This document shows, one piece after another, positions 25,523 through 35,535 of a stretch of 54,125 nt of DNA (positions are counted from its first letter, which is position 1; each line of letters begins with the position of its first letter). Both the position numbers and the translations under genes were made by a program. Under the pieces are notes generated by a model. The model saw only the letters and a list, made by a program, of their open reading frames with translations. It ran no database searches and had not been told where the DNA came from. This stretch comes from Thermoplasmata archaeon. Lineage in GTDB: Archaea > Thermoplasmatota > E2 > UBA202 > JdFR-43. The stretch lies in NCBI GenBank assembly GCA_021162065.1, contig JAGGZK010000053.1:1-54125 (forward strand), read 5' to 3'.

Positions 25523-25924
25523 ATGATAAGGCTGGTGTGCGTGGGAAAACTGAAGGAAAAATTTTATAAAGAGGCGGAGAGGGAATATATCAAAAGAATA
25601 TCATCTCTTGTGAAATTTGAGGTGAGGGAGGTGGATTTTTTAAAGGATGAAAAATGCGACTACTCCATATATCTGGACGAAAATGGAACTGAGATGGATT
25701 CCATTTCCTTTTCAAACTTCCTGAAAAAAATAATGATGGATAAAAAGAATATCTGCTTTTTCATAGGAGGGTGGGGGGGATTAGAGGAGGAGCAAATCAA
25801 AAAAGCTGACTTTGTCCTCTCCCTTTCAAAAATGACCTTCCCATATCAGCTATGTAGAATAATACTTCTTGAACAGATATATAGAGGGCTCGCTCTCATG
25901 AAAGGAATAGATTACCACAAATAA
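25523..25924 (+). CDS. rlmH: 23S rRNA pseudouridine-1915 N3-methyltransferase (SPOUT)
   Basis: VGKLKE, FFIGG..G, LSLSKMTFPYQLCRIILLEQIYR, YHK end. Confidence 0.9.
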   Translation: MIRLVCVGKLKEKFYKEAEREYIKRISSLVKFEVREVDFLKDEKCDYSIYLDENGTEMDSISFSNFLKKIMMDKKNICFFIGGWGGLEEEQIKKADFVLSLSKMTFPYQLCRIILLEQIYRGLALMKGIDYHK

Positions 25925-26011
25925 TGCGTTGTTCTGGCAGAACAATTTTGTTCGGCGGTTACAATAAATAGGAAATCAAACATTATAAATATTATTCAAC
26001 AATATTGTCCT

Positions 26012-26833
26012 ATGAAGCACATATACTCTATCTATGAGGGAATAGATGAGAGGTTAAAATTCATAACCACCTCAGGCGTGAGAATAAAAATGATGCTGAG
26101 TTTGTTGGAAGGACCCAAGAATTCCACGGAATTGAAGGATGAGGTGGGAGTGGTTGCCTCTACCGTCATCCATGCAGCAAGGGATCTTGAAAAGGAACAT
26201 CTTCTGGAAGAGAGGCCGGATGGCTATCATCTCACCAACACCGGAAAAATAGTGGCTCTGAAACTTATGGATCTCATCAAACTTTTCCATGTGATAAAAA
26301 CCACCGAGGATTTCTGGCTCTCCCACGACATGGAGGGAATACCTCCCCAGTTTATGGAGAGGCTGGGAGAGTTGCAGGAGTTAAAGGTAGTCAAATCCTC
26401 GCCCACCAATCTTCTCCAGGTACTCAGCCTCTACATGAAACTTGTCAGCAAGGCAAAGGAGTTGAGAGGAATTTCTCCAGTATTTGTGCCGGAATTTTCA
26501 AAACTTGTTAAAAAATTGCTGAAGAAGGGGGCAACGGTACATCTCATCATATCAGAAGAAATAATGAAACCGGTGGTGGAAAGCTATCAGAAAGATATAG
26601 AGCCGGATATAAAAAAGAAGGTGGAGGAGGGGCATCTCCGCATATGGGTGATGGAGGGGGTAAAAATAGCCATGAGTGTAACCGACTCCTTCATCTCCAT
26701 AGGGATGTTCAACAAAGATGGAACATATGATTTCTCCCATGATATGGTGAGTTATAATAAGGAGGCGATAGAGTGGGGTAGGGAACTATTCGAATATTAC
26801 AAATCTCGGGCCAGGGAGATTAGTCTTATATAG
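26012..26833 (+). CDS. wHTH regulator with DUF1724-like C-terminal domain
   Basis: SGVRIKMMLSL, FWLSHDMEGIP, AIEWGRELFEYY. Confidence 0.85.
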   Translation: MKHIYSIYEGIDERLKFITTSGVRIKMMLSLLEGPKNSTELKDEVGVVASTVIHAARDLEKEHLLEERPDGYHLTNTGKIVALKLMDLIKLFHVIKTTEDFWLSHDMEGIPPQFMERLGELQELKVVKSSPTNLLQVLSLYMKLVSKAKELRGISPVFVPEFSKLVKKLLKKGATVHLIISEEIMKPVVESYQKDIEPDIKKKVEEGHLRIWVMEGVKIAMSVTDSFISIGMFNKDGTYDFSHDMVSYNKEAIEWGRELFEYYKSRAREISLI

Positions 26834-26936
26834 GCTATTTCTCCCTTTCAAAAATTTTTTTAATTTATTAGTTTTAACAACGACTTTCACATCCTTTGTT
26901 GGTGCCTCCATCATCTCTCTTTCCTTTCTTCTTTTT

Positions 26937-27689
26937 ATGAATCATATAATGGTGGACATGGTTGTTTCCACCGCCCTCGTAACCTATAGCATCTATTCCC
27001 TCAACAGAATAACGGATATGGAAGAGGATGCATCCAACATTCCCGAGAGGGTGAAATTTCTGGAAGAGAGAAAGGATATGATTCTCATTCTCTCCATAAT
27101 GGCATATGTTGTGGCTCTTCTCATGGGAATAAGGGAGAACCTGTGGACAATGCCCATCTTTCTCACCCCCTTTTTTGTGGGAATCGTATACAGCATAAGG
27201 ATACATTCTTTCAGAATAAAGGATATCTTCGGCATGAAAAACATATCCATCGCCTTTTCCTGGGCCTTTTCCTCCGCCTTCCTGCCCTATGCCTTCAATT
27301 CCAACATGGAAAAGGCGTTTCTCATCTTCTCCTTTCTCTTCATAAAATGCTTCGTGAATACCGTCGTCTTTGATACCAGAGATGTGGAAGGTGACAGGAA
27401 GGCGGGGGCAAGAACCATACCTGTGGTTCTTGGGGTGAGAAAGACGAGGTTTATTCTTCTTATCTCCAACACCCTCCTCATTCCATGGACCGTTGCATGC
27501 TATCTCCAGAACCTTTTCATAGAATATATACCTGTAATCTTCTTTTCCATACTCTATGGATACTGGTACATAAATGCCTTCTGCGATGAAAAGAACAGAG
27601 AATCTGCCTTCAACTATGACTATCTGGTGGATGGGGAGTTCATAATCCTGGCTCTTTTTGCATTAGCCATAGATTTTGTTTTCCACTGA
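26937..27689 (+). CDS. UbiA family prenyltransferase (start uncertain)
   Basis: YSLNRITDMEEDASNIPER and FDTRDVEGD Asp-rich motifs; polytopic. Confidence 0.85.
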   Translation: MNHIMVDMVVSTALVTYSIYSLNRITDMEEDASNIPERVKFLEERKDMILILSIMAYVVALLMGIRENLWTMPIFLTPFFVGIVYSIRIHSFRIKDIFGMKNISIAFSWAFSSAFLPYAFNSNMEKAFLIFSFLFIKCFVNTVVFDTRDVEGDRKAGARTIPVVLGVRKTRFILLISNTLLIPWTVACYLQNLFIEYIPVIFFSILYGYWYINAFCDEKNRESAFNYDYLVDGEFIILALFALAIDFVFH

Positions 27690-27765
27690 CTTCATGGCAT
27701 TTGCACTCATTAGAAAAATCCAATTTTTGGGTTAACTATATAAAAATATTTCAGTTAAAGCCGAG

Positions 27766-28581
27766 ATGGGGGAAATGCATGCCATCTACGATGAGGTAGA
27801 GGAAGACATCAGATTTCTCACATCATCAAAAGTGAGGGGCATGGTTTTGCTTGCCGTGATGAGTGGAATAAAAAATTCGGGCGAAATATCGAGAGAAGCC
27901 GACTTGGATATATCCTCTGTGATTCACGCAGTAAGAGAGTTGGAAGAGAGAAGATATATAGTGGATAAGAATGGCTATGTTCTTACATCAAAAGGGAAAA
28001 TAATGGCCCACAACCTCATGAATTTTTTGGCATCCCTACATACCATTTCCATGGACAACTTCTGGAATGAACATTACATAGATGACATCCCCGATAACCT
28101 GCTTTCCAGCATACACATGCTGAGAAATTCGGAAATTATTAAAGATACACCCACAGAGTTGATGAGAGGATTTATGCTATATCTGAATCTTTTGAGAAAA
28201 TCCAGGAGAGTAAGAGGGTTCTCCTCCATTTTTCACCCTCGTTTTCCCTCCGTGATAGAGAAGCTGGCGAGAAGAAAGGCGGATATGGAATTTGTGATTA
28301 CTCCCAGCATTTTTGAGAAATTGAGGGAAACAAAAATGAAGAAAAGATTGGTTCCTCTTTTAGAAAAAGAGGCACTTTCTCTTTTTCTTGTGGAGAGGGA
28401 AGTAAAGTTGGCCTTCACTGTAACGGAGAAATTCCTTTCCTTCACCCTTTATTTTAAAAATGGATTGTTTGATGATAACACAACACTTATGAGTTATGAT
28501 GAGGAAGCTTTACAATGGGCAAACTCCCTTTATGATCATTACAGGGCATGCTCCAAGCCCCTCTCTCCTGAAGATTTTTAA
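27766..28581 (+). CDS. wHTH regulator with DUF1724-like domain (paralog of 26012-26833)
   Basis: FLTSSKVR, FWNEHYIDDIP, ALQWANSLYDHY. Confidence 0.85.
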   Translation: MGEMHAIYDEVEEDIRFLTSSKVRGMVLLAVMSGIKNSGEISREADLDISSVIHAVRELEERRYIVDKNGYVLTSKGKIMAHNLMNFLASLHTISMDNFWNEHYIDDIPDNLLSSIHMLRNSEIIKDTPTELMRGFMLYLNLLRKSRRVRGFSSIFHPRFPSVIEKLARRKADMEFVITPSIFEKLRETKMKKRLVPLLEKEALSLFLVEREVKLAFTVTEKFLSFTLYFKNGLFDDNTTLMSYDEEALQWANSLYDHYRACSKPLSPEDF

Positions 28582-29540
28582 ATCTTTATTCCCAGGGAAG
28601 GAATGCTCACTCCCTCTCCCCTCTCTATTTTGCCAACAACCTCTGCCTCCACATATCTGTTGAGTATATCCAGCGATGTGTCCACATCCTTTTTATCCAC
28701 CACAACGGCCATCCCCATCCCCATGTTGAAGGTCTGATACATTTCCTCCACACTCACATTTCCGAGTTTCTGTATTATTCTGAAAACCGGCTGCGGCTCC
28801 ATGGGATTTTCAATAACGAAATGGACATGGGGTGCCATTCTCTTTATCTTTCTCAATCCCCCTCCAGTTACATGGGCAATGCCTTTTACTTCAACATTCT
28901 CCCACAATTCTATTATTTCCCTCACATATATTCTCGTCGGCTCGAGGAGGGCATAACCTATTATTCCTATCCCTTCCATTTCATCATGGAAGTCATAACC
29001 GTTTTCAGTGAATACCTTCCTCGCCAGCGTGTAGCCATTTGAATGGATTCCGCTGCTTCTCATTCCTATTATAACATCACCCTCTTTTATGCCAGCAGGT
29101 ATATTCCTCTCAACAACACCAACGCATGTGCCAGCAAGATCAAAACCTTTTATTATCTCCGGCAGGGTAGCGGTCTCGCCCCCTATTATCTCCACCCCCG
29201 CCTTCTCAGCCCCAGCCTTCAAGCCCTTTGCTATCTCCTCCGCCATCCTCTCGTCCATCCTCTCCATGGCAAGATAGTCCACGAAGGCAAGGGGGCGGGC
29301 GCCCATCACAAGAGCATCGTTCACATTCATGGCCATGCAATCTATTCCTATGGTGTCCCACTTCTTCATTTCATTGGCCACAATCACCTTGCTTCCAACA
29401 CCATCGGTACAGAGTACCAGTTCCAAATCTCCAATGGCAATCCTGTCCTTCCTCGCCTTCATGGTTTCAATGAGGGTTTTCACAACCTTTTCTTCCCTGT
29501 CTATGTCGACACCGGCTCCTGAGTAGGTGAATCTTCCCAT
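28578..29540 (-). CDS. purM: Phosphoribosylformylglycinamidine cyclo-ligase
   Basis: TYSGAGVDI, TDGVGSK, GGETA, SSGIHSNG, TFNMGMG. Confidence 0.96.
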   Translation of the reverse strand: MGRFTYSGAGVDIDREEKVVKTLIETMKARKDRIAIGDLELVLCTDGVGSKVIVANEMKKWDTIGIDCMAMNVNDALVMGARPLAFVDYLAMERMDERMAEEIAKGLKAGAEKAGVEIIGGETATLPEIIKGFDLAGTCVGVVERNIPAGIKEGDVIIGMRSSGIHSNGYTLARKVFTENGYDFHDEMEGIGIIGYALLEPTRIYVREIIELWENVEVKGIAHVTGGGLRKIKRMAPHVHFVIENPMEPQPVFRIIQKLGNVSVEEMYQTFNMGMGMAVVVDKKDVDTSLDILNRYVEAEVVGKIERGEGVSIPSLGIKI

Positions 29541-29582
29541 GAAAAAGTATAGGGCAATGAATATAAAAAGGATGTCACGCCC

Positions 29583-29981
29583 TCACCATTTTTTCATTCC
29601 AGTCTTTTTTAGGATTTCCCTGAAATTTTTTATGGAGGGGGAATAGAAAAGATGACTCCTGCACCTGCAGTCGCTGGAACCGAAATTTGGGATGAAATCA
29701 AATCCCATTCTCCTAAAAATTTCTGCAATTCTGCATTCTTCTCTCCTCTCTCCAGGCATATACCATATTTCCTCCACATCCGCCTCCTCTCTTAGATAAT
29801 CAATGTGCCATCTCATCCTTTTTCCCCTTTTCAGATGTCTTCCTATTCTTCCCTCCATCCCTCCGAGAGCGGAGCCCACATAGGCGTAATATCCGGGTTC
29901 AAAATTTATTTCCCCCAGGGCCCCTACATCTATCTTTTTCCTTTCAGGAAGAATAAGTATTAAAACGTATGTCCCTTTCAT
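29583..29981 (-). CDS. DUF123/GIY-YIG (Uri) family nuclease
   Basis: KGTYVL, GYYAYVGSA, RWHIDYL, FGSSDCRCRSHL. Confidence 0.9.
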   Translation of the reverse strand: MKGTYVLILILPERKKIDVGALGEINFEPGYYAYVGSALGGMEGRIGRHLKRGKRMRWHIDYLREEADVEEIWYMPGERREECRIAEIFRRMGFDFIPNFGSSDCRCRSHLFYSPSIKNFREILKKTGMKKW

Positions 29982-30520
29982 GGAAACAGTTTGCTTATAT
30001 CCATCTGATCGATTTTTTCTCCAGGATATATCCACTCGTCTTCCATCCTTATGTATCCCTCCTTTTCATAGTCCTTCAATATCCTGTCTATAACCTTCAT
30101 TTCCTCCTTCATTTCCTTTTTAAACACCTTTATGTTAAGCCTCCCCCTCCTTTTCATGCTCACAAAAAGAAGAAAGATTATGGCCATGGCTATGTCCTTG
30201 GCCAGCAGTTCTTCCGCCACAATATCGTCGATTTCCTCCATCTCATCCCCCATTCTCCATCCCAGAAGCATGACACCATCGGTGGCGAGCTTACCAGTCC
30301 ATGTAAGGGTGTAAAAATTTCCTTCCTTCTTTATGAAATTTATTTCCTGAAGTGTTGCCAGAGCGCGATTGAAGGTGGCGGTGGGCAGCCCGGTGATTTC
30401 CTGGAGGTCTTTCCACCTGAGTTTCTCCTTTTCCCTTATTGCCATCAGTATCTTCAGGGCATTCTCTCTGAGAGATTTGAAAATTTTGTATACCACATCC
30501 TTTTTTTCCTTTGTCCTCAT
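29978..30520 (-). CDS. wHTH transcriptional regulator
   Basis: LRWKDLQEITGLPTATFNRAL...YTLTWTG. Confidence 0.8.
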   Translation of the reverse strand: MRTKEKKDVVYKIFKSLRENALKILMAIREKEKLRWKDLQEITGLPTATFNRALATLQEINFIKKEGNFYTLTWTGKLATDGVMLLGWRMGDEMEEIDDIVAEELLAKDIAMAIIFLLFVSMKRRGRLNIKVFKKEMKEEMKVIDRILKDYEKEGYIRMEDEWIYPGEKIDQMDISKLFP

Positions 30521-30615
30521 TGCATAAACAACTTTTTTCTCTTAATAAATATTATCTTTTATTCAAATTTCAGGAGAAATACATAAACTTTTATTAATCG
30601 GGATGCAATCATTGG

Positions 30616-31539
30616 ATGATGAGGGCTGTGATAATAGCCAGTAAAGAAGCACTTCTTCCCGTTTGTGGAGAAATGGTGGTGGAGAGACTGATAAAAAAGC
30701 TCAGAGATTATGGTTTCGATGAGATTTACATATATCCCCTCTCCTATGCAAGAATAATCAAAAATCCCGGGGTGAAATTCATAGGCAGTTTAAAAAACAT
30801 AAAGGAGGATGTGTTTGTGATAAAGGGGAATGTCTTTCTCTCCCGCCTCAATCTATGCCGTGAAAATATATTTGTGGGTAAGGACGGCGCGATCATAGCA
30901 TTCTACGGAAAACCCTCAAAGAATTTCAACAAAAAAGGTAAGGCATGCAGGGTGAATGGTTTTGAAATAAAGAATGAGGAGGATATCAGAAAAGCGGAGA
31001 TAATAGTCAGGGGAAAGAGCGGAGATATCGTTTACAGATATATCCACAGCAAAATATCCGGGCCCATCTCATCTCGCCTTTGCTCCAGTTACCTGATGCC
31101 GTGGCAGCTTTTCACAGCATCCTTTCTCCTTTCCATAATTTCCCTGCTTTTCTACATGATGCCTTCATATCTATATGCCGTAGTAGCGGGCATAATGGCC
31201 GAGGTTTCAGCAATTGTAAAAGATACGGGAGAGGAGATTATGAGCATAAAGGAGGGGAGATGGCACGGCATAAAAGTTTTATCTCTTTTTACCGTACTTC
31301 TGGGCGCCTCCTACCATGCATGGATAGATGGGGCATCCTTCCATATATGGATACTCGCTCTCCTGATAGCCATGGCAATAGCCATCATCCAGAAAAGTGG
31401 GGAAGGTTATGCAGGAGAAGATTTTTTCATATTCGTGGTTTTTGTGGGTACGCTTGCGAATCAATTATTATGGGCCTTTTTGATAGCCGCCGTCATAATG
31501 AATGAGGAAGCCATAAGGAGGGTGATTTCTTCACCATGA
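30616..31539 (+). CDS. Degenerate nucleotidyltransferase/CDP-alcohol phosphotransferase fusion (IPCT/DIPPS-like)
   Basis: MRAVII..LLPVCG N-terminus; DIVYRYIHSKIS and TM layout of DIPPS; catalytic motifs missing. Confidence 0.55.
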   Translation: MMRAVIIASKEALLPVCGEMVVERLIKKLRDYGFDEIYIYPLSYARIIKNPGVKFIGSLKNIKEDVFVIKGNVFLSRLNLCRENIFVGKDGAIIAFYGKPSKNFNKKGKACRVNGFEIKNEEDIRKAEIIVRGKSGDIVYRYIHSKISGPISSRLCSSYLMPWQLFTASFLLSIISLLFYMMPSYLYAVVAGIMAEVSAIVKDTGEEIMSIKEGRWHGIKVLSLFTVLLGASYHAWIDGASFHIWILALLIAMAIAIIQKSGEGYAGEDFFIFVVFVGTLANQLLWAFLIAAVIMNEEAIRRVISSP

Positions 31540-34265
31540 AGCGGGTCATCATTGTTGGCATATTGATTATGATTTCCATCATCCCTCTTAGAGTTCATGC
31601 CTCAAATCACCAGTTGCTGCCCATTGATTTGCCAGATGATATGAAGGGGCAACCGATAGATATAAGAGTGGATTTCCAGAAGACATGTTATGCCGTTGAT
31701 GAAAACAGACATTCCATAAGATTGCTTTACAATGGGAGAGAGATAGAAAGCCAGATATATGATCTGGAATTTGAGGGTAAGGAGAAACTTGTTTCCTGCA
31801 ATCTGGTTTTCATATATCAGGGAAAGGGGGAATACATTCTGGAGTATGGAGAGGATGTGAGAGACGTTGATTACATCGACCATCTGAAGGTGAACGACAT
31901 CTATTATTTCATCGAACCCATCCCCGGGTATTACGCCAAAATAAACTGCTATGAAATAGAGGAGGATGGAAAAAGCATATTCGGCATATGCCAGGATGGG
32001 AGCATTCTGGGAATAGAGATGGGGAACAAGGTTATAACCATGAAGGAGGGAGTCGAAAAATTCGAGATGAAAAACTGGGATCAGTTTTTCTCCTTCGCCT
32101 TCTTCCATTCAGACGGAGAGGAAAAGGGAAGCGATGAGAAACTTCAGGGTAAGAAAATACTGGTGGATGGAAACCTGATGGTGAGGATCGCTTTGAATAC
32201 ATCCTCCCGGGATGAAAAACTGAGGACTGAGGCCATATACACCTATTACTACTCACCCCATGAAAAAAGATTGTTCGTCAAATTGAAGCATGAATCCAGA
32301 GAAGAATGGAATGGAAATATCACCTATGCGTATTTCTCAAGCATTCATTCCACAAGCAAAAGCATAGAGGAGTTGAACATGGGGCGCATAATGCCCTATA
32401 TCCACATAAATGGAAAGGATGGAATAGAGGAATACAAGCTCAATACAAATCCGGAAAGTAAAGAATTTCAGTGGATTATATCTGCAAAAGATGCTGTTTA
32501 TATGGGCCAACCTCCATGGGTTTCGGTGGATGACAAAAAGAAGGCATATGCCCTCATTTTCTCGAAAAGCCTGCTGGTCACCGCCGCCACCAAGGAGGAA
32601 ATAAATGTGCCCGGTCTGGAGGTGGATGGAGGCGGGGTAAATATGGGGGCATACGGAAGGGTAAACGAAGGCGTTGCATATGATGGCGTTGTGGAGGCCT
32701 TCATCGGAAATTACAGCGATGTCAAAATGGAGGGGGATGCCTTTGAAATTCTCATGAATTACAGGAATCTTGGGGGAGGGGCAGGGGAATATGAAAAAGA
32801 GGCAATTCACAATCTCACGGTTGTTGCTGGAATGAGGCATTCCATTCCCTTCTCCACCCATATATCTGCTCTCCTGGGCATAAAGATTCCCCACATGGAG
32901 ATTGAGATATGGGAAGGTAACAGGAAAGTGGCCAGTGGAGCGGTCAATTTCAGAAAAATAGATTTTCAACTACCCGATGGAAATTACACAATCAAAGCAT
33001 TTCGTCTCGGCATTAACGGAAAAAAATTCATCGGGGAAAAATACGTTGAATTGAAAAAAGATGAAAGAGTAAAGGTGTGGTGCACCTTCCAGAGTCACAT
33101 AAAGGTAAAGAGTGTTGAAGGAAGTGTGATAAAAATTTTTGATGGAAAGGGAGGCATGGTTGGGGAAAATGTGAGTCATGGAATCATCACCATTCCTCTT
33201 CCTGCCATAAAAAGATACACCCTTCAGATTATTTATCATGGTTTTCTAATGGAAGAAAAGGAGATATTTCTCTTGCTTCCCGCCTCCGTAGAATATTCCT
33301 TCCCCACCTATGATTTTGCCGTTGATGTAAAAGATTCTCTCGGCCTGCCCTTCGGGGAGAAAGTGACGGTATTCATGTACAGCGATGAAATGAGGGAGAG
33401 AGAGAATATTTATGGTGTAAAGGACAGGAGCATTTATTCCTTTTCCTCCCTTCCCTCCGCCACCTATCATCTTGTTGTGACATATAAGGGCACATCGGTG
33501 GATAAAAAGATTGTCATCCCGGATGAAAATATGGCGGAAATCGTTCTTCCAGTGGATTACGGAATAAAAGTCAAAACCTATGATTCGAGGGGATTTCCAC
33601 TCTCCACAAAAATATATTTTGAAAGAGAAGGCAAAAAGTTTAGCGGAGAGAGATTGCCTCCCGGGGAATACTGCATGGACATATACAGGGGCGGGAAAAA
33701 AATCGCCAGCAGGGAAATACTGGTTAATGGAGATGCAAATTATGATGTAATAACGAACAGGATTTCTTTCTACCCCTTTATCATACCTCTGGCCATGGTT
33801 GTGTTTGCTCTCATCGCAAAAAGAAAGGAAGCATATCTGGGCCTTCTGCTCTCCCTTTCTCTCCTCTTTCCATGGTGGAGAGCCAAAGGCATGTCATCAA
33901 CATCCCTTTATCTCTTCCCTCCATCCATGATTGAGATGAAATCCACATATGGAAACATTGTTTCTCTGCCATCACCCCTCCTCATGGCCCTCTACATATC
34001 CCTGATTCTATTGCTTGCTTCCCTACCCATCCTTTTCCACAGAAAATACAGCAAGTTCTCCATTGCCACCGTTGCAGCATCCCTATCCATATTTCTATAC
34101 ACCATCTACAGATTTTCCAGCATAACGGTTGGCAGCATAGCAGGAGGAGGTTCAGCAGGTAATGTCTCGTCTTGGGGAATGGGCATAGGCTTTTATTTGG
34201 CTTTGTTATCACTGGTTTTAATAACGGTGAAGGTGATTTATGATGAAACTGGAAGAAGCGGCTAA
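31536..34265 (+). CDS. Large secreted multi-domain protein with carboxypeptidase-regulatory-like beta repeats and C-terminal TM bundle
   Basis: Signal peptide, repeated LP.G.Y.I/V.D..G.P motifs, about 5 C-terminal TM helices. Confidence 0.75.
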   Translation: MKRVIIVGILIMISIIPLRVHASNHQLLPIDLPDDMKGQPIDIRVDFQKTCYAVDENRHSIRLLYNGREIESQIYDLEFEGKEKLVSCNLVFIYQGKGEYILEYGEDVRDVDYIDHLKVNDIYYFIEPIPGYYAKINCYEIEEDGKSIFGICQDGSILGIEMGNKVITMKEGVEKFEMKNWDQFFSFAFFHSDGEEKGSDEKLQGKKILVDGNLMVRIALNTSSRDEKLRTEAIYTYYYSPHEKRLFVKLKHESREEWNGNITYAYFSSIHSTSKSIEELNMGRIMPYIHINGKDGIEEYKLNTNPESKEFQWIISAKDAVYMGQPPWVSVDDKKKAYALIFSKSLLVTAATKEEINVPGLEVDGGGVNMGAYGRVNEGVAYDGVVEAFIGNYSDVKMEGDAFEILMNYRNLGGGAGEYEKEAIHNLTVVAGMRHSIPFSTHISALLGIKIPHMEIEIWEGNRKVASGAVNFRKIDFQLPDGNYTIKAFRLGINGKKFIGEKYVELKKDERVKVWCTFQSHIKVKSVEGSVIKIFDGKGGMVGENVSHGIITIPLPAIKRYTLQIIYHGFLMEEKEIFLLLPASVEYSFPTYDFAVDVKDSLGLPFGEKVTVFMYSDEMRERENIYGVKDRSIYSFSSLPSATYHLVVTYKGTSVDKKIVIPDENMAEIVLPVDYGIKVKTYDSRGFPLSTKIYFEREGKKFSGERLPPGEYCMDIYRGGKKIASREILVNGDANYDVITNRISFYPFIIPLAMVVFALIAKRKEAYLGLLLSLSLLFPWWRAKGMSSTSLYLFPPSMIEMKSTYGNIVSLPSPLLMALYISLILLLASLPILFHRKYSKFSIATVAASLSIFLYTIYRFSSITVGSIAGGGSAGNVSSWGMGIGFYLALLSLVLITVKVIYDETGRSG

Positions 34266-35535
34266 ATATGCAGCTGATCTGCTGCTCACCCTGCCAAAAA
34301 AGAGTACCATCCGGGTGATAGGACATGTGGATGCGGATGGCATCTCCGCTGCTTCCATAGTGGCCATGGCCCTTGCAAGGGCGGGGTATAATTTTCATGT
34401 TTCCATAAAAAGAACCGAGCCGGATTTGATTGAGGAAATGAAAAAGGAAGAGAATGAGATGATTATATTCGTGGACATAGGAAGTGGTTATCTGGAGGAA
34501 ATGGAAGGGCTTGAATGCAATGTCATAGTTCTTGACCATCATCTTGGAGGAGAGGAGATACCGGGAAATGTGATGTATGTGAATGCCCGCCTCTATGGGC
34601 TGGATGGAAGCAGGGAGGCGTGCGGAGCGAGTGTCGCCTACGCCTTCGCCATGGCGATGGATGAGAATAATGTTGATCTATCCCAGCTTGCCATAGCTGG
34701 AATAATAGGAGATAAGCAGGTTTTTGAGGGATATAACAGGAAGGTTCTGGAGGACGGCATAGGAAGTGGATTTGTGGAGGAGAGGGAGGAGTATATCCTC
34801 TCCGGAAAGAGTTTGAAGGAGAAACTGGAGAGCTCCCTTGAGCCATATTTCACGGGTTTTCGCAACGCATCCCCGTTTCTGGAGAAAATTGGTATAGAGG
34901 AGGGAGAGAAATTTGAGAATCTGAAGGAGGAGGAAAGGAAGAAATTGCTCTCGGCCCTTACCCTCAAACTTCTGGAGCAGGGTTGCGATGATGTGGAATG
35001 GAAAAAAATTGTGTATTACGGAAAGAGATATGGAGATCTCCATGACCTGTCATCAAAGTTAAATGCCTGTGCCCGTCTGAATGAGAGTGGCACCGGCGTA
35101 GCCCTGTGCATGGGGGATGTGACAGCATGGGAAAATGCGGAGATAATACAGGAGAGATACAGGGATGAAATCAGAAAAGAGATGAGAGAGCTGGAAAAGG
35201 TGGAGCCCGAAGAGATGGAGAGATTCATATATTTCCATGTGGATCATGCCCCTCTTTCCGGTGTCCTTGCCGGGCTCTCCCTCAAATATCTTCCCCAGTT
35301 CATGAAGGGCAAACCGGTGATTGCACTCGCAAGAAAAAATAAATTTATAGACATTTCAGCAAGGGCGGATGAGAAAATGGTGAAGGAGGGCGTAAACCTG
35401 GGGGAGGCCATCAAAAAAGCCGCTGAACTGGTGGGGGGAGTGGGAGGCGGCCATCCCATAGCGGCGGGAGGCAAAATACCTTCAGATAGGGAAAAAGAGT
35501 TCCTCCAAAATCTTGATAGGGCGATGGAAAAATGA
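34240..35535 (+). CDS. DHH family phosphoesterase (archaeal RecJ-like)
   Basis: HVDADG, VDIGSG, LDHH, GGGHPIAAGG (DHHA1). Confidence 0.92.
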   Translation: MMKLEEAAKYAADLLLTLPKKSTIRVIGHVDADGISAASIVAMALARAGYNFHVSIKRTEPDLIEEMKKEENEMIIFVDIGSGYLEEMEGLECNVIVLDHHLGGEEIPGNVMYVNARLYGLDGSREACGASVAYAFAMAMDENNVDLSQLAIAGIIGDKQVFEGYNRKVLEDGIGSGFVEEREEYILSGKSLKEKLESSLEPYFTGFRNASPFLEKIGIEEGEKFENLKEEERKKLLSALTLKLLEQGCDDVEWKKIVYYGKRYGDLHDLSSKLNACARLNESGTGVALCMGDVTAWENAEIIQERYRDEIRKEMRELEKVEPEEMERFIYFHVDHAPLSGVLAGLSLKYLPQFMKGKPVIALARKNKFIDISARADEKMVKEGVNLGEAIKKAAELVGGVGGGHPIAAGGKIPSDREKEFLQNLDRAMEK

